Assembly: GCF_000181515.1 (NCBI RefSeq)
Contig: NZ_ABCG01000004.1
Span: forward strand, 1 to 24,000
Direction of reading: 5' to 3'
DNA: 24,000 nucleotides
Origin: Erythrobacter sp. SD-21
GTDB lineage: Bacteria > Pseudomonadota > Alphaproteobacteria > Sphingomonadales > Sphingomonadaceae
Below, in pieces: positions 1-6,952 of the stretch. The translations under genes were made by a program, and so were the position numbers. The notes below the pieces were generated by a model. That model did no database searches. It was not told where the DNA came from and worked only from the letters and a program-made list of their open reading frames with translations. Position 1 is the stretch's first letter; each line of letters starts with the position of its first letter.

Positions 1-50
1 AGCGCAGTAATGTGTGGAGCTAACCGGTCCTAATAGTTCTTTTCGCGCTT
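1..50 (+). rRNA. rrl: 23S rRNA, extreme 3' end (partial, continues upstream of window)
   Basis: AGCGCAGTAATGTGTGGAGCTAACCGGTCCTAATAG closely parallels the conserved 3'-terminal region of bacterial 23S (E. coli AAGCGCAGCGATGCGTTGAGCTAACCGGTACTAATGA). The exact 3' end cannot be fixed by eye. Confidence 0.7.
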
Positions 51-169
51 GTAGGATCCATACCATCAACGACAGCCCTGTGCTGTCCGCGAGGTGGAGG
101 AAACTCTAGCCGGATAAGCCCAACAAAGCTCAAAGCATCGATTTAAACCCATGTCCGCCAGCTCTATTG

Positions 170-286
170 CTTGGTGACCTTAGCGTCTGTGACCCACCCG
201 ATCCCATCTCGAACTCGGCCGTGAAACCGGACAGCGCCGATGGTACTAGTGCTCAAGCACTGGAAGAGTAGGTCGTCGCCAGGCAT
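170..286 (+). rRNA. rrf: 5S rRNA
   Basis: About 116 nt with typical 5S blocks (CCCACCCGATCCCATCTCGAACTCGGCCGTGAAAC, GGTACT, GAAGAGTAGGTCG). The terminal helix pairs 170-178 with 275-283. It sits just downstream of the 23S end. Ends are +/- 2 nt. Confidence 0.85.
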
Positions 287-328
287 TAAAGCCGGCGGGC
301 ATGTGGTTATAAACCCATTCACGATTTC

Positions 329-366
329 AAAAGCCGCTGCCGGTTACACCCGAGCGGCGGCTTTTT
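329..366 (+). terminator. Hairpin with flanking A-run and T-run between 5S rRNA and tRNA-fMet (intrinsic-terminator-like, symmetric)
   Basis: AAAAGCCGCTGC(329-340) pairs with GCGGCGGCTTTT(354-365), about 12 bp including one G-U. The loop is 13 nt and the T-run is 362-366. Confidence 0.45.
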
Positions 367-508
367 CGTCTCCGGCCTCCGCGCTGGTGACGAGAGCGCC
401 ATCGAAGTGCGCAGCACTTCGCAAGGCCGACCGGCCGCCCGAGCTTATGCGAGGGAAGCCCAGCCGACAGATGTCGGCGCCGGCGCTTGAGGCGTAACAA
501 GAAGGTAC

Positions 509-585
<77 letters not shown>

Positions 586-603
586 CCGAATTCAAGCACA
601 AAC

Positions 604-631
604 AGCCCGCCCATCCAGGCGGGCTTTTTTG
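604..631 (+). terminator. Rho-independent terminator after tRNA-fMet
   Basis: GCCCGCC(605-611), loop CATCCA, GGCGGGC(618-624), followed by TTTTTT(625-630). Confidence 0.8.
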
Positions 632-704
632 TGCGCAACGTGCATCAAACTTCTCACAATAACTTGACCAAGGGCCGTCACGTTGGCTCTACCCCGCTAG
701 GAGA

Positions 705-1613
705 TTGGAGACGCCTAACGTGATCAAGGAAGCCCGCCTGCCCGTTCGTCATCGCTCATGGTTGTTCGCGCCGGGTGACAGCGAGAAAAAGATGACCAAA
801 GCGACCGAAGGGGACGCCGACATTGTTATCTTTGATCTCGAAGATGCCGTAGTCGAGGGTGAGAAACCCGCCGCACGCGCGCGGGTCTCTCATTTTCTTC
901 AGATGCAAAACGAAGCCGGACGTGCACGTCTATGGGTTCGTATCAACCCGCTCGATGGGCCACATACTGCGGACGATTTGGCAGCGGTATTGCCCATGCA
1001 GCCAGGCGGGATCATGCTGCCGAAATCACGCGGCCGTGAGGATGTGGAAAAGCTCGACAGGATGCTGACCGCGCTGGAACTCGAACATGGTCTTGAGCCA
1101 GGAGCCATGCCAGTTATCGCGCTGGTTACTGAAGTCGCCGCAGCCATGTTCACCACGGGCGATTATGCGGGAGCCCCGAGACTAGTTGCCATGACTTGGG
1201 GAGCGGAAGATCTTGCAGATTCCGTTGGGGCGCTGTCCAACTGCGGGCCAGACGGAGATTACCGTTTCACCTATGAACTCGCTCGCAGTTTGACATTGCT
1301 GGGTGCTGCGGCGGCTTCGGTACCGGCCATAGAGACAATAGACGCAGATTTCCGCAACTTACAGGGCCTGAAGGTGCGCGCAGAGCGAGTTCGGCAGGAT
1401 GGCTATCGCGGTATGTTGGCGATACACCCAGACCAGGTCCGGGTAATCAATGCAGCTTTCACGCCGACCGAGAAAGAGGTTCAAGAGGCGCGCGAGATTA
1501 TCGATCTGTTCGATGCTAAGCCCGGGGCCGGAACGATCGGGTATAAAGGTAAAATGCTTGATCGGCCTCACTTGAGCCGCGCACGGCAACTCCTCGCGCT
1601 GCGTTCTAGCTAG
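705..1613 (+). CDS. CoA-ester lyase / citrate lyase beta-subunit-like protein (HpcH/HpaI aldolase-CitE family)
   Basis: The N-terminal SWLFAPGD...ADIVIFDLEDAV and the later ...MTWGAEDL... fit the CitE/malyl-CoA lyase family pattern. The track start at 705 is TTG. An in-frame GTG at 720, preceded by GGAG (707-710), is the more likely start. Confidence 0.75.
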   Translation: METPNVIKEARLPVRHRSWLFAPGDSEKKMTKATEGDADIVIFDLEDAVVEGEKPAARARVSHFLQMQNEAGRARLWVRINPLDGPHTADDLAAVLPMQPGGIMLPKSRGREDVEKLDRMLTALELEHGLEPGAMPVIALVTEVAAAMFTTGDYAGAPRLVAMTWGAEDLADSVGALSNCGPDGDYRFTYELARSLTLLGAAAASVPAIETIDADFRNLQGLKVRAERVRQDGYRGMLAIHPDQVRVINAAFTPTEKEVQEAREIIDLFDAKPGAGTIGYKGKMLDRPHLSRARQLLALRSS

Positions 1614-2989
1614 GTCGAAACTACGATTTCGTCGTACACCGGGTCATACCGCAGTTCGATTCCCGCGCTGACCAGTTGTTTGAGAGTGACGAATTCCTCG
1701 CTGGCCTTTGCATTGCGAAGACCGGCAAATTCAGTCGGGTCAAATCGGTCCTCGAAGAGGTCAAGCACCTGACCAAGATGCACTGATATCGTGCGATCCC
1801 CATTAACCTGAAAGGGCACGGCACCGACTTCTCGCCCGTCCATCCTCACAGCCATACGTTTCTTGAAAGCGGGCTGCGTGATCTGATCGATATAGGCGAG
1901 AGAGGCTGATGTAGCTATTTGTTCGATTTCAGCCTTGGATGTTCGACCTCTTGTTGACGACGTGGGGGGGGCTGCACGATTGACCGCTGCTTCCGCAGTG
2001 GGTCGGTGTGGCGGATCATGCCGACCGAGGCGGGATTGCACCGAAGCTGTGCCGGCAAGGCCGGTTGCCGTGTTTCCGGGCGCCCTGATTGCTTGGCGAG
2101 CGATTGCGGCCCTTGCCGAACGTTCACCCTGGACCTTTGCAAGTATCGCGACGCGCTCGCTTTCGCTGAGAATGGTTTGCGCTGGCTCAAGCCGTTCCGT
2201 GGACGAGGTGGGGACTTTATCGACACCGCTATTTTGCGGGCGGGAAGCGAATGTGTCGGTCGCGCCGGCTATCTCCGGTATACCGTGCGAATTTTCTGAA
2301 TCGGAGAATGCTTGGCTAGCGTTCAAGTTATAGACGGGCCGTGTTTCCGAAGCGGGAATGGACGAGGAAGGCGCCCCATTTCTCTGCGCAGCCTCATCAC
2401 CGCCAAGATATCCAACATGGCTTATCGACGGACGCACTGAGTCGACTTGGGGAGGCGCCGAGGTGTTATAGTCACGTGAAACCTCGAGCGGGCGCGGAAG
2501 CTTTTCTGTCGTGCTGCTGGGAGTGACTGTACGGATTTCTTTGCCCAGCTCGCCCACTCTACGCGAGGGGGTACTTCTGACGAGAGGCATGTCGGAAACG
2601 TTAGCCGCGAATTGTGGACTTTCTACCACGGTTTTCAATTCTGCCCCCGCGTGGTCACCGGAAGCATTTCTGACCTCCCTCGACTGAGCGCCCGTCAACA
2701 TGGGTTGCGGAACTCTATCAACCGCAATCTGGTCACGGAAATCGCGTGCCGGCTGGCTGGCAAATTTCATTCCCAAATTGGGCGATAGCTGGGGACGAGG
2801 TTCAATTGCGACAGGCGATACCACTGTCGTACGGTCAATCTGACGAGCCGCACGAGGTCGATCTGGCAAGCGAACCCTCTCAGCAGCCGATTGCGGTTCA
2901 AATTTGATTGACGGCTGAGCGACGACGAGGCCCCAAACGGCTGCGCTTGAAAGAAGGGCTGTCGTGCGATGGACGCTCTGGCTTCTCAC
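1610..2989 (-). CDS. Hypothetical protein, last gene of the curli-type operon: N-terminal signal anchor, ~350-aa Pro/Ser/Arg-rich low-complexity region, ~100-aa C-terminal globular domain
   Basis: GTG start at 2989 preceded by GGGGAGGA. Hydrophobic N-terminus TTALLSSAAVWGLVVA. Long low-complexity middle. Ordered-looking C-terminus (AFKKRMAVRMDGREVGAVPFQVNGDRTISVHLGQVLDLFEDRFDP...IELRYDPVYDEIVVST). Same strand as the CsgH-like gene and 50 nt downstream of it. I recognise no family. Confidence 0.6.
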   Translation of the reverse strand: MRSQSVHRTTALLSSAAVWGLVVAQPSIKFEPQSAAERVRLPDRPRAARQIDRTTVVSPVAIEPRPQLSPNLGMKFASQPARDFRDQIAVDRVPQPMLTGAQSREVRNASGDHAGAELKTVVESPQFAANVSDMPLVRSTPSRRVGELGKEIRTVTPSSTTEKLPRPLEVSRDYNTSAPPQVDSVRPSISHVGYLGGDEAAQRNGAPSSSIPASETRPVYNLNASQAFSDSENSHGIPEIAGATDTFASRPQNSGVDKVPTSSTERLEPAQTILSESERVAILAKVQGERSARAAIARQAIRAPGNTATGLAGTASVQSRLGRHDPPHRPTAEAAVNRAAPPTSSTRGRTSKAEIEQIATSASLAYIDQITQPAFKKRMAVRMDGREVGAVPFQVNGDRTISVHLGQVLDLFEDRFDPTEFAGLRNAKASEEFVTLKQLVSAGIELRYDPVYDEIVVST

Positions 2990-3039
2990 AATTCCTCCCC
3001 CAAATCAACAAAACCAGACCTGTGTCCGTTAGTTAAAAC

Positions 3040-3393
3040 TTACTTGACCTCCAGCGACGCGCAATCTCCTGCCGTCAGTGTGTATGTAGATCCAGATTGT
3101 TCTGTGATCTCGGCAGTTGCGCACCATGTCCCGCTGTGCGACACCCGAAACTGCGAAATAGAGGTCTCGGTCTGGGCCGGAACTTTCGACTTCCCGCTAT
3201 GCCGGGAACGCGAGTCGCCGATCACTTCGATTTGGTAATCGACGACTTGATCGTGAGGCGACTTCGCAATCATCTCGATTTGGATTGTTCCATCGCCATC
3301 CTCGATCCGCATTGAGATTGCCTGTTCGCTTTCCACTACCTGTTCTCCGGTTGCCACGCTGCTGAGCAGAATGAGAGATGCGATAGTAATCAT
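3040..3393 (-). CDS. csgH: CsgC/CsgH-like small secreted protein (putative curli amyloid-inhibiting chaperone)
   Basis: 117 aa with signal peptide MITIASLILLSSVATG. The alternating beta-strand pattern DYQIEVIGDSRSRHSGKSKV...ISQFRVSH...WCATAEITEQSGSTYTL parallels E. coli CsgC CRVQILSLREGSSGQSQTK...LTKLSLNI...VKIVVTVSDGQSLHL. It lies in a curli locus of the alphaproteobacterial type, where CsgH is known. ATGA start/stop overlap with the upstream gene. Assigned by pattern and context, not by a search. Confidence 0.5.
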   Translation of the reverse strand: MITIASLILLSSVATGEQVVESEQAISMRIEDGDGTIQIEMIAKSPHDQVVDYQIEVIGDSRSRHSGKSKVPAQTETSISQFRVSHSGTWCATAEITEQSGSTYTLTAGDCASLEVK

Positions 3394-4148
3394 AGTCCGC
3401 CCCCGGCCTGGGTGGAGAATTGTTCCACGATCGCGTTGATGAGGGCCTGCGTTTCGGCCGATAGTTCGCTTGGATTCGGTTCCTCGGATGTCGGCTGCGC
3501 CGGGGCCAACGTCGAACTGCCGAGTGCGACAGATGCGATGGCCTGATCCTCATTTGAATTGAGCGCGCTGTTACCCCGGGCAAGCCTGGAAATAGCCGAT
3601 TCGAGCGTTGCTACCCGATCGCTATCGAGACCCTCGCCGAGCAGGCGTTCTTCCGGAGACAGGCTGGGTGCGGAGTTGCCGGCAAACTCTTCGGACCTGT
3701 CCTCCAATCTAACAAGGCACAATTCGATAATTGCCGGATTGCTGGGCTCCCGCTCGCAAATGTCCGTCCCATTTACGGCGCTGAATAGTATCGCGCGGTC
3801 ACGCTCCGTCAGTTGCGCCAGTGCGCGCCGCCCCCGTTCGCGGGTTAGTTGATCGGTTGTGCCGCCCATTTCGCGATCACGGGCAGACAATTGGACCATC
3901 TCCTGGTCGGGCCGACGGGGGTTCTCGAGCGTTTGGCCCTCCAGCGACTTGTCATCGCTAGCTGGAGGATTCGTCGCTTTCTCTGCGGTGGTTGGAAGAA
4001 ATGCCTTGAGCGAGGCACTCTCTGCACTATCGGAGGAAGTCTGGTTTACGTAAACGGAATCTTCGGCAGCCAGAACAGGAACGTTTCTAGGTTCCAAATC
4101 CGATTGGGTGGAAAGCAAAAGCAACGGAAGAAGAGTGAAAGTCGACAT
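3390..4148 (-). CDS. Hypothetical acidic secreted protein (252 aa), embedded in the curli operon
   Basis: The track ORF (3390-4262) overlaps the upstream gene. ATG at 4148 gives a signal-like N-terminus MSTFTLLPLLLLSTQS and lies 2 nt after the short-curlin stop (TGAACATG). Glu/Asp/Ser-rich, helical-looking C-terminal half, two Cys (DICEREPSNPAIIELC). Its stop overlaps the csgH-like start. No family recognised. Confidence 0.6.
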   Translation of the reverse strand: MSTFTLLPLLLLSTQSDLEPRNVPVLAAEDSVYVNQTSSDSAESASLKAFLPTTAEKATNPPASDDKSLEGQTLENPRRPDQEMVQLSARDREMGGTTDQLTRERGRRALAQLTERDRAILFSAVNGTDICEREPSNPAIIELCLVRLEDRSEEFAGNSAPSLSPEERLLGEGLDSDRVATLESAISRLARGNSALNSNEDQAIASVALGSSTLAPAQPTSEEPNPSELSAETQALINAIVEQFSTQAGGGL

Positions 4149-4150
4149 GT

Positions 4151-4909
4151 TCAATTCCCGCTTGGCGGTGGTGCCCCCGTATTCGTTTGCGTAATTTGGA
4201 GCGCTTGACCGCCGTCTTGCGTAATCTGAAGGTCGGATAGGCCGCTTCCGTTTTGGGTCCATTCCAGCCGGTTGCCTGCACCGAGTTGTGTCGCGGTCAT
4301 GATATTATTGTCGCCCGATTGTGCGAGGCGAGCCTGATTATCGCTGCCATCCTGCACGAGGTTAAGTCGATTGCCTGACCCGGACTGGCTGATTGCCGCT
4401 GCGGAATAGAGGTCGCCACTTTCAAATTGTGACAGCTCCGCAGAGTTTCCACTGCCTCTTTGAGCAAGCAGAAGAGCCGCTTGCCCGTTGCCGTCCTGTC
4501 CCGCGAAGACGGTGTTGCTATCTCCGTCCTGAGCGATTTCGGTATAATGGTTGCCATCATCCTGACGCAAATCCACTTGGTTGGCGTCCCCGTTCTGAAT
4601 GACGCGGGCATAGGCGCTAGTGCCCTGTTGATCGGCTTCGGCGGTGTTGCCCGATCCGATCTGGGAGATGAAAGCTCCACGATCCTCTTGGACCGGAACT
4701 GCGATTTCCTCGAAAGTGAAGCCGGCGTTGCCGTTCTCGCCGGAGTTCCCGTTATTGCCACCGCAGGGATTGCCTGTGCCGGCGCCATTCCCGTCTCCAC
4801 AAGGATCACCCGGGGGTATGTTCCCAGTGTCCGCGAGAACAGGCGCTGCGAATGACATCATCGCTGCAGCTAGAATTGCCGTAAGAGAGTTCGGTTTCAT
4901 CTGAGGCAC
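4151..4909 (-). CDS. Short curlin-repeat protein (CsgA/CsgB-like amyloid subunit, 252 aa)
   Basis: Signal peptide (SLTAILAAAMMSFAAPVLA), then a Gly/Asn-rich segment with two PCG motifs. About 15 half-repeats of the form phi-x-phi-x-Q-x-G-x-x-N-x follow (e.g. LNLVQDGSDNQ ARLAQSGDNNI MTATQLGAGNR LEWTQNGSG). GTG start at 4909 lies 7 nt after GGGAGAG; the alternative ATG is at 4900. Confidence 0.85.
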   Translation of the reverse strand: MPQMKPNSLTAILAAAMMSFAAPVLADTGNIPPGDPCGDGNGAGTGNPCGGNNGNSGENGNAGFTFEEIAVPVQEDRGAFISQIGSGNTAEADQQGTSAYARVIQNGDANQVDLRQDDGNHYTEIAQDGDSNTVFAGQDGNGQAALLLAQRGSGNSAELSQFESGDLYSAAAISQSGSGNRLNLVQDGSDNQARLAQSGDNNIMTATQLGAGNRLEWTQNGSGLSDLQITQDGGQALQITQTNTGAPPPSGN

Positions 4910-4979
4910 TTCAATTCTCTCCCTAGACTGCTCAGTTCGGACCTGTGGAATAGGCCGTCCTAGTCCGGCTTTTGCAACT

Positions 4980-5011
4980 GCGGGGGCGAAAATAAGGCTT
5001 TCCGCCCCCGC
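4980..5011 (-). other. GC-rich intercistronic hairpin between giant curlin 1 and the short curlin
   Basis: GCGGGGGCG(4980-4988) and CGCCCCCGC(5003-5011) form a 9-bp perfect stem with a 14-nt loop. Neither strand has a convincing U-tract. Confidence 0.45.
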
Positions 5012-5038
5012 GTCTTATATCAGACTCGGTGTACCTGA

Positions 5039-6883
5039 TCAGTTGCCCTGGGTCACCATAGCCGAGTTTCCAGTACCGGTTTGCGTGACAGTCGACATGT
5101 GACCATCGCCAGTCTGATTGACAGTCGCGGTATTGAACTCGCCATTCTGCGTGATCATCGACTGAAGTTCCGAACCGTTCTGACTGCTTGTTGCGGTGTT
5201 ATCAGCCCAGTTCTGGACGATTTCCGAGGTGTTCAGCAGACCGCCATTCTGGGTAATGGTGGCGATGCTGTTGTTCTGCGGAGATCCGCCGGCATCGTCA
5301 CCGTTCTGGGTTATGCGAGCGGTGTTTTGATCCGCACCCGCCAACTGGTGGATGGTAGCTGTTTCACCGCGGGCGTTGCCGATCTGAGTGATGAACGCCT
5401 GACCGCTCGCACCTTCCTGATTGATGGTCGCATCGTTGTTGCCTTCCGAACCCTGAAGGATGGTGGCATCGTTATCCGACGATCCGAGCGTCTGGTTTAC
5501 CCGGGCAAAGTTCCCGAAGCCGCCCTGATCGATATCGGATTCGTTACCCGTACCAAACTGGTCGACATCGATTTCGCTGTTCTGACCGTCCTGACGTGCG
5601 CGTGAGGTTTCGAACGAACCTCCTTGGTCGACGTTGGCCAGCTGACCACGATTGAGCTGGGTCAGGTCCGACGTGTTGTCGCTGCCGGTCTGGGTTACAT
5701 TGGTCGTCAGGGAATTGTCAGGGTTGTTTACGGGAGCGCCGCCGAGATCGGCCTGAACGATGGTCGAATCGTGCCCGTCGCCAGTCTGGTTGACCGTTGC
5801 GGCGAAGGTATTCGAACCGTCATTGTTGAACGTTTGCGTGATGGTCGAAGTGCTCACGCCGTTCTGCGTCACGACCGCGTCCATGTTGGTCGCTTCATCA
5901 CCCAAGATGGTCTGATTGACAGTCGAAGTCGCGCCGCCTGCCTGACTGACGCTGGCGAAGGCATCGCTGGCATCGCTGCCGGAAATCGACTGGTTTACAT
6001 CGGAATTGTTTCCGTTGCCGTTCTGCATCACTTCGGCGGCCAGCAAGCTCGAACCATCCTGATCGACATCCGACAGGTTATCGTTGCCGAGCTGCGTGAC
6101 CAGCGCCGACTCCTCCGAACCGTTCTGGTCGACGTAGGACTCGTTGCCGTTGCCGGTCTGGTCCACGATCGCGGTCAGAAGCGAGGGATCGACAGTGCTC
6201 TGCTGACTAACAGTCGAAACGTTATCGTCGCCAGTCTGATCGACCGAGGCAAGGCTGCGATTGGCGTTGCCGGGGTTACCATTGGTCATCTGCGTGGTTG
6301 ACGATGAGTTGCGGTTACCAATCTGCGTCGTGTTCGCGGTCGAATAGGTTGCCGGATCCTGAGTGATCGACGACATGTTGTCGTCGCCCGACTGCACTAC
6401 GCCGGCCGCTGCATCGCCATCCGTGACACGCAGGCTGTTGCCCGCCTGCACCACGGAAGAATCATTGCCTGCGCCATCCTGAAGCACCGTCGCAGTAAGG
6501 AAGCGTCCATCCTGCGAAACGTCCGAAATGTTGTCACCGTTCTGGTCGACGCGAGCGAGATTGTTGCGTCCGCCCACTTGCGTAACAGTGGATTCGGCGC
6601 TGTCGCCTGCCTGATCGACGAACACTTCGTTGGGCGTGTTTTCAGTGCCGGTGCCGCTCTGGTTCACGGTCGATTGTCCGTTGGTACCCGCCTGATCAAC
6701 GGTAGCTTCGTTGTAGACACCGGTCTGCAGTACATCGGAATCGTTGCTCGAACCGGTCTGCGTGACGTCGGCCGACAGATTGTGGCCGGTCTGATCAATA
6801 TCGCTATTGTTGCTCTGCGCGAATGCGGGAGCGGCGATGCCAAGGGCAATGATCGATGCACTGGTGAGAATAGTCTTTTTCAT
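5039..6883 (-). CDS. Giant curlin-repeat protein, paralogue 1 (614 aa)
   Basis: Start chosen at MKKTILTSASIIALGIAAPAFA|QS, by conservation of the signal peptide across the four paralogues (the track start at 6925 is a GTG inside a hairpin). The whole mature protein is ~11-aa half-repeats S-x-[VI]-x-Q-x-G-x-x-N-x. No Lys or Cys in the mature part by my reading. No Shine-Dalgarno is visible upstream (AAATTAACCAGATCATG). Confidence 0.85.
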   Translation of the reverse strand: MKKTILTSASIIALGIAAPAFAQSNNSDIDQTGHNLSADVTQTGSSNDSDVLQTGVYNEATVDQAGTNGQSTVNQSGTGTENTPNEVFVDQAGDSAESTVTQVGGRNNLARVDQNGDNISDVSQDGRFLTATVLQDGAGNDSSVVQAGNSLRVTDGDAAAGVVQSGDDNMSSITQDPATYSTANTTQIGNRNSSSTTQMTNGNPGNANRSLASVDQTGDDNVSTVSQQSTVDPSLLTAIVDQTGNGNESYVDQNGSEESALVTQLGNDNLSDVDQDGSSLLAAEVMQNGNGNNSDVNQSISGSDASDAFASVSQAGGATSTVNQTILGDEATNMDAVVTQNGVSTSTITQTFNNDGSNTFAATVNQTGDGHDSTIVQADLGGAPVNNPDNSLTTNVTQTGSDNTSDLTQLNRGQLANVDQGGSFETSRARQDGQNSEIDVDQFGTGNESDIDQGGFGNFARVNQTLGSSDNDATILQGSEGNNDATINQEGASGQAFITQIGNARGETATIHQLAGADQNTARITQNGDDAGGSPQNNSIATITQNGGLLNTSEIVQNWADNTATSSQNGSELQSMITQNGEFNTATVNQTGDGHMSTVTQTGTGNSAMVTQGN

Positions 6884-6915
6884 GATCTGGTTAATTTCGA
6901 AAATGGGAAGGAATA

Positions 6916-6943
6916 CCGGGCGCACCTCGATTGGCGCGCCCGG
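6916..6943 (-). terminator. Hairpin plus U-rich tail after giant curlin 2 (candidate partial intrinsic terminator)
   Basis: CCGGGCGC(6916-6923) pairs with GCGCCCGG(6936-6943). On the - strand it is followed by UAUUCCUUCCCAUUUUCG. Confidence 0.45.
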
Positions 6944-6952
6944 CTCGGAAGC

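Noticed and set aside
3390-4262. Track start at 4262 for the acidic protein (290 aa), overlapping the short curlin by 112 nt.
   Set aside because: The extra 38 residues (MDPKRKRPIRPSDYARRRSS...) are basic out-of-frame translation of the curlin 3' end. ATG 4148 gives a signal-like N-terminus and a compact TGAACATG junction.
6884-6925. Upstream GTG start (6925) for giant curlin 1, and similar upstream starts for curlin 3 (10448) and curlin 4 (11873).
   Set aside because: The extensions are not conserved between paralogues. They precede the conserved MKK(T/I)IL signal peptide, and for curlin 1 the start falls inside the terminator-like hairpin. Curlins 3 and 4 have SDs correctly spaced for the downstream ATGs.
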